A stretch of DNA of 64,000 nt from an uncultured delta proteobacterium (GCA_963815115.1 CAWFFN010000012.1:320001-384000), one strand, 5' to 3'. Positions 28,901 through 37,812 are shown, counted from the stretch's first letter. Translations and numbers: made by a program. The notes: generated by a model not told the origin, from the sequence alone.

Positions 28901-29326
28901 GTTCACGCACAGGAGGATCATCGGCGACTTCTTCTTCACCGTGACGCCCTGCCGCTTCACCTCCTCGGGCAGCTTGGCCTCCGCGATCGCGACGCGGTTC
29001 TGCGTCAGCACCTGGGCGAAGTCGAGGTTGGTGCCCGTCCGGAACGTGACGTCCAGCGTCATCGAGCCGTCGTTGCCGCTCTTCGAGAGCATGTAGAGCA
29101 TGCCCTCGACGCCGTTCACCTCCTGCTCGATCGGGGCGGCGACGGTATCGGCCACGACCTTGGCGCTGGCGCCGGGATAGGTGGTCGAGACCGAGACGGT
29201 GGGCGGCACCACCTCCGGATACTGCGCGATCGGCAATCCGTTGAGGGCAACGAGGCCGATCAGGATGATGACGATCGAGATGACCGTGGCGAAGATGGGC
29301 CGGTCGACGAAGAAGCGGGCGAGCAT
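25934..29326 (-). CDS. RND efflux permease (HAE1, AcrB/MexF-like) with ~90-aa insertion
   Basis: FFVDRPIFA, IVVDDAIVVVENVER, KNAILIVEFA, RLRPIIMTS. Confidence 0.95.
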   Translation of the reverse strand: MLARFFVDRPIFATVISIVIILIGLVALNGLPIAQYPEVVPPTVSVSTTYPGASAKVVADTVAAPIEQEVNGVEGMLYMLSKSGNDGSMTLDVTFRTGTNLDFAQVLTQNRVAIAEAKLPEEVKRQGVTVKKKSPMILLCVNLLSPDGRYDQLYLSNYATIQVKDALARLPGVGDVSFLGARDYSMRVWLDPTQLAARSMTASDVVNALREQNVQVAAGRIGQPPAPAGLDFQYTINTLGRLLDPEQFAQIVLKTGEQGQITRLADVGRVELGSKSYDVSSYLDGKPSVTLALYQLPGANALATAQSIRAEMDRLAARFPQGMEYRIVYDTTVFVNESVHEVYKTLTEAFILVFLVVLIFLQDWRATLLPMIDVPVSLVGTLAVMSVLGFSLNNLSLFGLVLAIGIVVDDAIVVVENVERWMAQGLPPREATIKALDEITGPVIAITLVLSAVFIPTAFIPGISGQFYRQFALTIAAATIISAINAMTMAPARAVTLIKPHAHGEERREALPRVAVIVLGALLVDFLLEGRVAHLMGLGGGGHGHEGHGAGGGGAWLWLLRAALFAAGGVLGAAVNGPVNRALLAFFKQFNRFFDWLATAYGRLVGLLVRAPLISLVLYAALMALTWFGFHRVPVGFIPQQDKGYLVVNLQLPDGASLERSEEVTQRVDAIVRETPGVQHTIAVPGYSVLTATNVSNVGGMFVILDPFEERVASGRSADVVIGDLRQKFRKVQDAIVVAFGAPPVDGLGSTGGFKLQVQDRADAGFEALQGAVENVIRGGEAQPGLVGLFSSFRASQPQLYVDIDRTKAKALGVALDDVFATLQVYLGSAYVNDFTRFGRNWQVNVQADASFRIRPEDIGALKVRSRDGKMVPLATLLAVRDTTGPAIVNHYNMFPSAEVSGGTAPGVSSGTAIGLMEAVAQRELPTGMGFEWTELTLQQILAGNTAVFVFAFGALLVFMVLAGQYESWSLPGAIILIVPMCLLAAITGVWVVGSDNNIFTQIGLVVLIGLAAKNAILIVEFAKQLQEQGKTRHESIIEACRTRLRPIIMTSLAFILGVVPLVTTAGAGAEMRFALGIAVFSGMLGVTLFGLFFTPIFYEVIRGAVDRRAAAKQSAAAPESPSHGARAAG

Positions 29327-29338
29327 GGTGCCGCGTTC

Positions 29339-30679
29339 CTAGGAGTTCGCGGGCGAGCCGGCGCCGCCCTGCACCTGAGGGCTCGCGGGCGGCGGCGCCG
29401 GAGCGTTGGGTTCCATCGCGACGCGCTGCGGGACGACGGTGATCCCGGGCCGGGCGCGCTGGATGCCGTTCACGATCACCCATTCCCCCGGCGCCAGGCC
29501 GCTGGTGATCGCACGGAGGCCGTCCGCCAGCGGGCCGAGCTGCACCTCGCGGTACTCGACCACGTTCTTGTCGTTCACGACCAGCACGTACTTCCGGCCC
29601 TGATCGGTGCCGATCGCGCGCTCGGTGACGAGCGCCGTCGGCTTCGGTTCACCAGTGGCGAGCTTCACGCGCACGAAGAAGCCGGGCGCGAAGAGGCCCT
29701 CCTGGTTCTCCAATACGGCGCGCACCCGCATCGTCCCGGTCGCCGGATCGACCCGGTTGTCGACGAAGTCGATCCGCCCCGTGTGGGGAAAGCCGGCTTC
29801 GTTGGCGAGGCCGAGCTGCACCGGGATCCGCAAGCTCGCGATGCTCTCCGGCGTGAGGGGGCGACCGGTGCGGCGATGCTCCGCCTCGCGCAGGCGCAGC
29901 AGCGACGGCTCGTCGACGTCGAAGTACACCCAGACCGGGTCGAGGCTCACGATGGTCGTCAAGACGGGCCCCCCGTCTGCACCCACGACCACGAGGTTGC
30001 CGGCGGTGATCTCCGCACGGCTCGCCCGCCCCGCGATCGGCGCCGTGACGCGGGTGAACTGGAGGTCGAGCTGGGCCTTCTCGAGCTGGGCCCTGGCGGC
30101 CACCAGCTCACCCTCCGTCGCGCCCTTGCTGCCGGTGGCGGTGTCCACCTCGCGTTCGCTCACCGCCCCGGACGACTTCAGGCGTTGCGTGCGCGTCACC
30201 TCGGCGCTCGCGCGCGTGAGGTTGGCGCGCAACCGGGCGATCTCCCCCTCCGCATGGTCGACCGCGGCCTGATACTCGCGCGGGTCGATCTCGAAGAGCA
30301 GGTCGCCCTGCTTCACCCGGGCCCCGGCGTCGAAAGCGACCTTGGTGATGTATCCGGACACCCGCGCCCGCACGTCCACCGCCTCGACGGCCTCGATGCG
30401 CCCCGTGAACTCGAGCGAATCGGATACCGCCCGCTCGATCGGCTGACTCACGGACACCTCGGGCGGCGGCAGGGATGCGACGGGAGGTTCGCCGCCGCAA
30501 CCGGCGAGCCCCGACACGACCGCACTCACGAGCGCGAGGATCGCAGCGACGCCAGTCCGGGTCACGGCAGCAGCTCGCGGTTCGCCTTCGCGGAGCACCG
30601 GGCGCGCCGCCTTCCGTGCCGTGGCGTCGCCCATGATCTCGGACGATCGCGCGAGCTCCGCGCCGTTGCCATGCTCCAC
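29339..30679 (-). CDS. RND periplasmic adaptor (MFP), lipoprotein; start probably downstream of 30679
   Basis: LAGC lipobox, VDVRARVSGYI, TRVTAPIAGR, FVDNRVDPATGT. Confidence 0.9.
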   Translation of the reverse strand: MEHGNGAELARSSEIMGDATARKAARPVLREGEPRAAAVTRTGVAAILALVSAVVSGLAGCGGEPPVASLPPPEVSVSQPIERAVSDSLEFTGRIEAVEAVDVRARVSGYITKVAFDAGARVKQGDLLFEIDPREYQAAVDHAEGEIARLRANLTRASAEVTRTQRLKSSGAVSEREVDTATGSKGATEGELVAARAQLEKAQLDLQFTRVTAPIAGRASRAEITAGNLVVVGADGGPVLTTIVSLDPVWVYFDVDEPSLLRLREAEHRRTGRPLTPESIASLRIPVQLGLANEAGFPHTGRIDFVDNRVDPATGTMRVRAVLENQEGLFAPGFFVRVKLATGEPKPTALVTERAIGTDQGRKYVLVVNDKNVVEYREVQLGPLADGLRAITSGLAPGEWVIVNGIQRARPGITVVPQRVAMEPNAPAPPPASPQVQGGAGSPANS

Positions 30680-30808
30680 GCTGGCAAGATCTCCTCCCGG
30701 TCGCTTGATGGAGCCTTCTAGCCCTCAACGATGTGACGCTGCAACGTTGCGACTACGCGAGTCACCCTGCCTCGCTCCGGAACCGATACGGACCGGGGTC
30801 GACGTGCG

Positions 30809-31321
30809 CTACCCGAGCCGCCGGCGGTACTCCGCCAGCGCGGCGAGTCCGTCCGGGCAGAAGGGCTCCCACGCCGCCCGCTCCATCACCAGTGCAGCCG
30901 GCAGGAATTCCCCTCGCGCCACCTCTTCGGGCTGGAGGCGAAACGGCCCGTCGTGCCGCGTCCGGTACACCATGCCGTGCACGGCCGTGTGCTCGTCGCT
31001 GTAGCGCAGCGGGAAGAGCCGCTCGAGCGGGGACGCGACGCCGAGCTCCTCGGCCAGCTCGCGCGCCGCGCCGGCGTCGAACTCCTCGCCGGCCGCGAGC
31101 ACGCCGCCGACGCAGGTATCCCAGTGCGACGGGTAGACGTCCTTGCTGGCCGTGCGCAGGTGGACGAAGAGCTCGCCGCGGCCGTCGAATACGAGGATGT
31201 AGGTGCTGCGGTGCGGGAGCCGTCGCGCGCGCATCTCGCGACGGGAGACCACGCCCACCGTGCGCCCGCCGTCGTCGACGACGTCGACCAGCTCGTCCCC
31301 GGGGTCGGGAAGCGCGCTCAG
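30809..31321 (-). CDS. NUDIX hydrolase (YfcD/IDI-like), probable CTG start
   Basis: ELVDVVD..G..VG, HRSTYI, GGVLAAGEE...AARELAEELG Nudix box; GAGGAGG 7 nt before CTG overlapping mobA stop. Confidence 0.85.
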   Translation of the reverse strand: MSALPDPGDELVDVVDDGGRTVGVVSRREMRARRLPHRSTYILVFDGRGELFVHLRTASKDVYPSHWDTCVGGVLAAGEEFDAGAARELAEELGVASPLERLFPLRYSDEHTAVHGMVYRTRHDGPFRLQPEEVARGEFLPAALVMERAAWEPFCPDGLAALAEYRRRLG

Positions 31322-31929
31322 CGCTCGGCCTCCTCGAAGCGTCCGCCGACCGCGGCGAGATCCTCGGGAGTGTTGACGTTGAGCAGGCTGCGCGCGGCGC
31401 CGCGCAGCGCGCGGAGCTCGTGCTCGTCGACGTAGTCCACCCGGATGGCGGGCAGGAACTCACGCATGGCGTGGCGACCCGTGACGAGGCAGTGCTCGAC
31501 CGTGGGCAGCGCGTGGACGGCATAGAGCGCGTGCAGCGGCTCGATGTCGTCGTCCCAGCGTGGAACCACGGCATCCGCGGCGCGCGGCCGGTCGAGCAGC
31601 CACGCGATGACGTCGGCGTCGAGCCCCGGCATGTCGCACGCGGCGACGAACAGCCAGGGATTGCGACTCTCGAGCATGGCCGCGTGGATGCCGGCCAGCG
31701 GGCCGCAGTCCGGGTGCCGGTCCGAGACCGTCTGCACGTCCAGACCCTGGAAGCGCTCGGGGCGATTGGTGGCGACGATCACCTGCGGGAAGAGGCGGTG
31801 GAAGAGACGCACCGTCCGCACCGCGATGGGCTCGCCGTCGACGGCGGCGAAGGCCTTGTCGCGGCCCCCCATGCGGACGGCTCGCCCGCCGGCGAGGATG
31901 ACGCCGGTGGCGGGCTGCGGGCTGGTCAT
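31318..31929 (-). CDS. mobA: Molybdenum cofactor guanylyltransferase
   Basis: ILAGGRAVRMGG.DK, GPLAGIHAA, ACDMP, EPLHALY, NVNTPED. Confidence 0.92.
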   Translation of the reverse strand: MTSPQPATGVILAGGRAVRMGGRDKAFAAVDGEPIAVRTVRLFHRLFPQVIVATNRPERFQGLDVQTVSDRHPDCGPLAGIHAAMLESRNPWLFVAACDMPGLDADVIAWLLDRPRAADAVVPRWDDDIEPLHALYAVHALPTVEHCLVTGRHAMREFLPAIRVDYVDEHELRALRGAARSLLNVNTPEDLAAVGGRFEEAER

Positions 31930-32007
31930 GCCCGACCCTTGGCCGGCGTCCGACCGCGAGTCAACCGTTGACAGCGTCGAGTGCGGGGGATCACAGTGGG
32001 CGGCCGC

Positions 32008-32784
32008 ATGCAGCCGGAAGAGCTGGAAGCGATCGAGTCCGCGGCCGAGTGCCTGGCCCGGGCGCACTACGTGGTCGCCCTCACGGGCGCCGGGCTGTCG
32101 GTCGAGAGCGGGATACCGCCCTTCCGCGGGCCAGGCGGTCTGTGGACCAAGCACGGCGAGCCGCCCATGAACGGCTTCCAGCGCTTCCTCGCCGATCCCC
32201 GGGGCGCCTGGGAGGAGCGGCTCGATCCCAAGGGTCCGATGCGCGAGCTGTGGAGCGCGCTCGCCGCGGCCCGGCCCAATCCGGGGCACCTCGCGCTCGT
32301 CGAGCTCGAGGAGATGGGCGTGCTGCGTGCGATCATCACCCAGAACGTCGACAACCTGCACCGGCTTGCCGGCAGCCGCCGCGTGCTCGAGATCCACGGC
32401 AACGCGACGCTGATCCGCTGCCTCGGATGCGGCATGCGCTTCCCGCGCGAGTCGATCGACTTCGCGACCCTCCCGCCGCACTGCCATCGCTGTGACGGGC
32501 TGCTCAAGAGCGACACGGTCTCGTTCGGCGAGCCGATCCCGCCCGACGTGCTCGAGGGGTGCTTCGAGGAGGCGTCGCGCGCCGACTGCATGCTGGTGGC
32601 CGGCACGTCGGCCACGGTCTACCCCGCGGCGCAGTTTCCGTTCGAGGTGTGCGAGCGCGGCGGCGATCTGATCGAGGTCAACCTCTATCCCTCGGAGCTC
32701 ACCGCCGTGAGCCGCTACACGCTCCAGGGACCCGCCGGCGAGGTGCTTCCGCGCCTGGCCGAGCTGGTACGCGCGCGCATCTAG
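32008..32784 (+). CDS. Sir2-family NAD-dependent protein deacylase (CobB-like)
   Basis: TGAGLSVESGIP.FRG, ITQNVDNLH, EIHGN, two CxxC, GTSATVYPAA. Confidence 0.92.
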   Translation: MQPEELEAIESAAECLARAHYVVALTGAGLSVESGIPPFRGPGGLWTKHGEPPMNGFQRFLADPRGAWEERLDPKGPMRELWSALAAARPNPGHLALVELEEMGVLRAIITQNVDNLHRLAGSRRVLEIHGNATLIRCLGCGMRFPRESIDFATLPPHCHRCDGLLKSDTVSFGEPIPPDVLEGCFEEASRADCMLVAGTSATVYPAAQFPFEVCERGGDLIEVNLYPSELTAVSRYTLQGPAGEVLPRLAELVRARI

Positions 32785-33566
32785 GGATTCGGGAAGCCGA
32801 CCAGCGACTGCGCGCGTCCGCGATCGTCGAAGGTGACGCTGCGACCGTAGCCGTAGCTCCAGGTCGTCCAGCCGTTGCCGCTCGGCTCGACGAGCTGCGG
32901 ATCGCCGATCAGCCGACGGACGTCGTTCGCGCCCATGCCCCGCTTCACCGTGCGCAGCGCCTCGTAGCCCGGCCGTTGCTGCGGCTCGCCGTAGGTCGGT
33001 TGGGGCGGTGGGGGCGGCGGCGGTACCGGGGTGGCCGCGGCGACGATCGCCTGACCGGTCAGCTCGAGCTGCGCGATGAGCTGGTCGACCCGGTCCTGCG
33101 TGGCCGCCAAGCGCTCGGTGAGCTGCTCCACGCTGGCCACCGCGGCGTCGAGCCGGTCGAGCAGCTGTGCCTGCGCGTCCGCGGCATCGGCCGCCTGCTT
33201 CTTCTTGTCGTCCTTCGACTCCACGAGCTTCAGATCGGCGGGATCGGACAGGATGATCTCCGGCTTGCGGTCGCGCGTGACGATCGTGCCGCGCACCTGC
33301 ACCTTCCGTCCGGAGTACAGCGCATCGAGCTGGTCGGGGGGGAAGCGACCGAAGTTCTCCGCCTGCACGACTGCCGTGAAGCGGTTGAAGGTGGGGTCGA
33401 AGGCGAGGAGACACGACAGCTGGGAGCAATGCACGCCGAGAACGCGCCCCTCGACCACGACGGTCTCGCCGACGTGCTGCTCCGTCTGGTCCCACGGGAC
33501 CGTCGTGTCGGCTGCCTGCGCGGGCAACGCGACCGCCAGGACGAGCGCGAGAGCCGAGTGGCGCAT
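32781..33566 (-). CDS. Secreted protein: OB-fold + coiled coil + Pro linker + SmpA/BamE-like domain
   Basis: Signal peptide AQA-AD; HVGETVVVEGRV..YSGRKVQVRGTI; VKRGM...DVRRLIGDP...WSY. Confidence 0.7.
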   Translation of the reverse strand: MRHSALALVLAVALPAQAADTTVPWDQTEQHVGETVVVEGRVLGVHCSQLSCLLAFDPTFNRFTAVVQAENFGRFPPDQLDALYSGRKVQVRGTIVTRDRKPEIILSDPADLKLVESKDDKKKQAADAADAQAQLLDRLDAAVASVEQLTERLAATQDRVDQLIAQLELTGQAIVAAATPVPPPPPPPQPTYGEPQQRPGYEALRTVKRGMGANDVRRLIGDPQLVEPSGNGWTTWSYGYGRSVTFDDRGRAQSLVGFPNP

Positions 33567-33631
33567 CGCTTGACCGGCCTCCGACCGAGCTTCTATAGCT
33601 GCGCGCCGCGGAAGTCCACTCGCACACACTC

Positions 33632-34054
33632 ATGAGCGCCTACACCGGACCACTTCCCGTGCCCACGCCGGAGACCAGGCCCTTCTGGGACGCGGCGCGC
33701 CGGCACGAGCTCGCGCTGCCGCGCTGCCGGCCGTGCGGCGCCTTCTTCTTCTTCCCGCGCGCGATCTGTCCGCGCTGCCTGTCCGCCGAAGTGGAGTGGA
33801 AGCAGGTGAGCGGCCGCGGCACGCTGCACACCTTCACGGTGGTGCATCGCGGAGCGAAGGGCTTCCCCCTGGGCACGCCCTACGTGATCGCCGTGGTCGA
33901 GCTCGCCGAGGGCCCGCGCATGATGACCAACCTCGTCGGCGTGGAGCCCGATCCGGCGAAGATCCGCATCGGCATGCCCGTCGAGGTCGTCTTCCAGGAC
34001 GCGACGTCCGAGATCGCGCTGCCGCACTTTCGTCCGGCCGGAGAGACGGCATGA
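33632..34054 (+). CDS. DUF35 Zn-ribbon/OB-fold protein (thiolase partner)
   Basis: PFWDAA, CxxC..FPR..CxxC, SGRGTLHTFT, VELAEGPRMMTN. Confidence 0.92.
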   Translation: MSAYTGPLPVPTPETRPFWDAARRHELALPRCRPCGAFFFFPRAICPRCLSAEVEWKQVSGRGTLHTFTVVHRGAKGFPLGTPYVIAVVELAEGPRMMTNLVGVEPDPAKIRIGMPVEVVFQDATSEIALPHFRPAGETA

Positions 34055-35220
34055 GGCGCGATCTGCGGCGGATGCGGGGCCGCGTCGCCATCGTCGGCGC
34101 GGCCGAGGCCGACGAGCACGGCCGCCTGCCGCACAAGTCGGCCTTCATGCTGCACGCCGAGGCGGCGCGCAACGCGCTCGCCGACGCGGGGCTCGCGCTC
34201 GGCGACGTCGACGCGATCTTCAGCGCCGGGCTCTGGATGGGCTCGGAGACCGCCGAGTACCTCGGCATCCGCCCGCGCTACATCGACGGCACGCAGATCG
34301 GCGGCTGCTCCTTCATCGCGCACGTCCAGCACGCCATGGCGGCGATCGACGCCGGGATCGTCGAGGTCGCGCTCATCACGCACGGCGAGAGCGGCGCGTC
34401 GCGGGTCGGCATGCCGGGCACGCGCTTCGGGGTCGACGCCTTTCGCATGCAGTTCGAGCAGCCCTTCGGGCTGGCCGGGCCGCCCACCGGCTACGCGCTC
34501 GCCGCGGCGCGCCACATGCACGACTACGGCACGACCAGCGAGCAGCTCGCCGAGCTGGCGGTGTCGACGCGCAAGTGGGCGGCGCTCAATCCGCGCGCCA
34601 TCATGCGCGACCCGCTCACGGTGGACGAGGTGCTCGCGTCCCGCATGATCTCGTGGCCGCTCCATCTTCTCGACTGCTGCCTCGTCACCGATGCGGGCGG
34701 CGCCGTGGTGGTGACGTCCGCCGAGCGCGCGCGCGATCGCCCGAAGCCACCCGTGTTCGTGCTCGGCACCGGCGAGGCGTCGACGCACGTGATCGTCAGC
34801 CAGATGCCGGACTTCGCCTTCTGGGACGCCGCACGGATGTCGAGCGAGCGCGCCTTCGCCATGGCCGGGGTGGCGCACGCGGACATCGACGTCGCGATGT
34901 TCTACGACGCCTTCACGATCGTGCCGGTGATGGGGCTCGAGGCGACCGGATTCTGCAAGCCGGGCGAGGGCGGCGCCTTCGTCTCCGGCGGGCGCACGGC
35001 TCCCGGCGGCCCCTTTCCCATGAACACCAACGGCGGCGGTCTCTCGTACACGCACAGCGGCATGTACGGCATGTTCACGCTGGTCGAGGCCGTGCGCCAG
35101 CTCCGCGGCGAGTGCGGTGCCCGCCAGGTGGAGGGCGCGAAGACGGCGATCTGCCACGGGCTGGGAGGGATGTTCAGCTCGGCCGCGACGCTCGTCTGCG
35201 GGACGGAGATTCCGTCCTGA
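34051..35220 (+). CDS. SCP-x type thiolase / lipid-transfer protein
   Basis: IGGCSF, DCCLVTDAGGA, FYDAFT, NTNGGGLSYTH; ATGA overlap with DUF35. Confidence 0.92.
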   Translation: MRRDLRRMRGRVAIVGAAEADEHGRLPHKSAFMLHAEAARNALADAGLALGDVDAIFSAGLWMGSETAEYLGIRPRYIDGTQIGGCSFIAHVQHAMAAIDAGIVEVALITHGESGASRVGMPGTRFGVDAFRMQFEQPFGLAGPPTGYALAAARHMHDYGTTSEQLAELAVSTRKWAALNPRAIMRDPLTVDEVLASRMISWPLHLLDCCLVTDAGGAVVVTSAERARDRPKPPVFVLGTGEASTHVIVSQMPDFAFWDAARMSSERAFAMAGVAHADIDVAMFYDAFTIVPVMGLEATGFCKPGEGGAFVSGGRTAPGGPFPMNTNGGGLSYTHSGMYGMFTLVEAVRQLRGECGARQVEGAKTAICHGLGGMFSSAATLVCGTEIPS

Positions 35221-35227
35221 GGCCACC

Positions 35228-35449
35228 GTGGCGCCGGTCCTGCTCTACACGAAGTCCGGCTGCCCGCACTGCGATGCCGCGCGCGCGGCGCTCGCCGTGC
35301 GCAACGCCACGGTCGAGGAGATCGACGTCGGCGTGCGGCGCGAGGCGATCCCGGAGCTGCTGAAGCTCACGCGCGGGCGCCGGGTGGTGCCGGTGATCGT
35401 CGAGGACGGGACGATCCTCGTCGCGCCGGAGGGCGGGTCCGCGTTCTGA
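35228..35449 (+). CDS. Glutaredoxin-like protein (UXX-star-like family)
   Basis: YTKSGCPHC, VPVIVEDG, C-terminal GGSAF*. Confidence 0.8.
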   Translation: MAPVLLYTKSGCPHCDAARAALAVRNATVEEIDVGVRREAIPELLKLTRGRRVVPVIVEDGTILVAPEGGSAF

Positions 35450-35461
35450 GCCGCGGCCGGC

Positions 35462-36562
35462 TCACGGCCGCTCGAGTGCCAGCAGCGCGACGGGCTCGTC
35501 GAACCCCTTGGGGAGTCGCTTGCCCGCGGGCTCGAAACGCAGGTGGCCGGCGCGCGCCCGGGCCGCGACCTCGCGGGTGACCAGCAGCTCGTTCGGCACC
35601 GCCAGCTCGGCCAGCCGGGCGGCCAGGTTGACGACCGGCCCGTAGTAGTCCCCGCCGCGGTTCAGCAACTCGCCGTGGGCGAGCCCTCCGCGCGGCGTCA
35701 CCGCGGAATCGCCGGCGAACCGCTCCACCAGCGTCAGGGCGATGTCGCATGCCGCGGCCGCGTCGAGGGCGACGAACATCACCTCGTCGCCGATGAGCTT
35801 CACGATGCGGCCGCCTTTTGCCGTGGCCACCTCGTGCGCGGTGCTCTCGAAACGCTCCACCATGTCTGCCAGCTCGCGTGGCTCCATGCGTCGCGAGAGG
35901 GTGGTGAATCCGACCAGGTCCACGAAGCCGATGGCGAGCCGCACGGTATCGGTCGACCGTCCCTCCCGGGCGAGCCGGGAGCGCCGGATGGACTCCTCGA
36001 GGTGCGCGCGAAAGACCGACTGCAGGACGGCGGGCACCACCTCCGCCGCCTCGGTGGCGCGCAGGTTCGCCTTCGCGAGCTCGAGCTCGCTTCCATGCGC
36101 TTCGCGGAGGGGACCCTCGACGTTGACCAGGAACATCGAGACCACCGCCTCGGCGATGCGGGCGAGCGAGGAGCCCATCACGCGCTGGAAGTGACGCGTG
36201 GCCTGCTCGCCGAAGAGCCTGGTGCCGACGGCGAACGCGGCGAAGCTCTCCACGTCGCGGTCGGCGAAACGCGGGTCCTCGGGGTCGACGGGTGCGAGGC
36301 CGGCGGAGCGGCGTATCGCCTCGACCTGCTCCACCGTGATCCCCGCACGAGCCGCCAGCTCCTCGAGCCGCAGGTGGGCGTCCGGATTGATCACCAGGTC
36401 CCCGGCGAGACCCGTGAGCGTGCCACCCGGGCGCGTGGAGCGCCGCATCTGCTCGATGGTCACGCCGCGCGCGGTCAGCCACTCGAGGAGCGCGAGCCGC
36501 TCGGCGGCGTTCGGCGCGCCGGGATCGTACAGCCCCGCGGCTTCATAGTCGGCGACGGTCAC
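35462..36562 (-). CDS. Class III adenylate cyclase with N-terminal regulatory domain (copy 1)
   Basis: GFVDLVGFT, VKLIGDEVMF, GDYYGPVVNLAARL; GTG start inferred from conserved promoter. Confidence 0.88.
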   Translation of the reverse strand: MTVADYEAAGLYDPGAPNAAERLALLEWLTARGVTIEQMRRSTRPGGTLTGLAGDLVINPDAHLRLEELAARAGITVEQVEAIRRSAGLAPVDPEDPRFADRDVESFAAFAVGTRLFGEQATRHFQRVMGSSLARIAEAVVSMFLVNVEGPLREAHGSELELAKANLRATEAAEVVPAVLQSVFRAHLEESIRRSRLAREGRSTDTVRLAIGFVDLVGFTTLSRRMEPRELADMVERFESTAHEVATAKGGRIVKLIGDEVMFVALDAAAACDIALTLVERFAGDSAVTPRGGLAHGELLNRGGDYYGPVVNLAARLAELAVPNELLVTREVAARARAGHLRFEPAGKRLPKGFDEPVALLALERP

Positions 36563-36618
36563 CTCGTGCGGCAGATTTCCTCGGGCGGGCATGGCCGTCA
36601 AGGGTACGATCGAACGGT

Positions 36619-37716
36619 TCAGCGGCGCTCGAGCGTCAGCAGCGCGACCGGGGCGTCGAATCCCTTCGGCAGGCGCTTGCCCGCGGGCTCGAAGCGCAGC
36701 CTGTCCCCGCTCGCCTGGGCGGCGACCTCGGGTGTCACCAGCAGCTCGTTCGGAACCGCGAGCTCGGCCATGCGAGCGGCGAGGTTGACGAGCGGGCCGT
36801 AGTAGTCGCCGCCTCGCATGATGAGCTCGCCGAAGGCGAGGCCGCCACGCGGCATGACCGCCGCATCGTTCACCAGGCGCTCGACGAGAGTGAGCGCGAT
36901 CTCGCAGGCGGCCGTCGCGTCGACGGCCACGAACATCACCTCGTCCCCGATGAGCTTGACGACGCGGCCGTCGTTCGCGGTCGTGACCTCGTGCGCGGTG
37001 TCCTCGAAGCGCTCGATCATCGTGGCCAGATCCCTGGTCTTCATGCTGCGCGACAGCGTCGTGAAACCGACCAGGTCGACGAAGCCGACGGCGAGCCTTG
37101 CCGTGTCGACCGACTTCCCCGGTCGCGCCTCGTGCAGCCGCCGCATGGCCGCGTGGAAGTGGCCCCGGAACAGAGCCTGCAGTGCCACCGGGACCACCTG
37201 CAGTGTCTCGATGCCCTGGGCGTTGGCCTCGGCCATCGCGACCTCGCTGCTCCGTGCCTCGCGCAGCGGTCCCTCGACGTGCACCCGGAAGAGCGACACC
37301 GCCGCCTCGGCGACGCGCGCGAGCGACGAGCCGGCGATGCGTGAGAACCGGCGCGCCGCCTGCTCGCCGAACAGGCGCGCCGCAGGCGCGAAGGCGGCGA
37401 ACCCGAGCGCGTCGTCGGCGCTGAAGACGCGCTCGCCGGGATCGATCGGGGAAAGGCCGGCGGCGAGCCGGATCTCCTCGATCCGCTCGGGCGTGAGCCC
37501 GGCCCGCTGCGCGAGCTCCGCCAGGGTCAGATACTGTCCGGGGTGCAGCGCGAGGTCGGCGCCCAGGCCTTCGAGCCGGCCCTCGGCGTGAGCGCGCACC
37601 ATCTGCCCGAGCCCGGCACCGCGCGCCGCCAGCCATTCGAGGAGCGCGAGGCGCTCGGCGGCGTTCGGCGCGTGCGGGTCGTAGAGTCCCGCCGCCTCGT
37701 ACTCGGCGATACCCAC
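36619..37716 (-). CDS. Class III adenylate cyclase with N-terminal regulatory domain (copy 2)
   Basis: Same motifs; near-identical N-terminus YEAAGLYDP.APNAAERLALLEWL and C-terminus RFEPAGKRLPKGFD. Confidence 0.88.
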   Translation of the reverse strand: MGIAEYEAAGLYDPHAPNAAERLALLEWLAARGAGLGQMVRAHAEGRLEGLGADLALHPGQYLTLAELAQRAGLTPERIEEIRLAAGLSPIDPGERVFSADDALGFAAFAPAARLFGEQAARRFSRIAGSSLARVAEAAVSLFRVHVEGPLREARSSEVAMAEANAQGIETLQVVPVALQALFRGHFHAAMRRLHEARPGKSVDTARLAVGFVDLVGFTTLSRSMKTRDLATMIERFEDTAHEVTTANDGRVVKLIGDEVMFVAVDATAACEIALTLVERLVNDAAVMPRGGLAFGELIMRGGDYYGPLVNLAARMAELAVPNELLVTPEVAAQASGDRLRFEPAGKRLPKGFDAPVALLTLERR

Positions 37717-37812
37717 TCGGTGTGGCAGATATTCCTCGCGGCGACCGAGCGTCAAGGTGCCCATTGACAGATCCGGACGCGGCCTCTTTGTGATGACGGG
37801 GAGGTCCACGCC

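Noticed and set aside
26225-30721. 1498-aa plus-strand ORF and similar long ORFs (44218..46860, 53324..54919, 23752..26046)
   Set aside because: Antisense shadows of real genes in high-GC DNA; no recognisable motifs
35440-35461. Selenocysteine read-through of the glutaredoxin TGA
   Set aside because: The TGA is at the expected C-terminus and is followed within 12 nt by the convergent gene; no SECIS recognised
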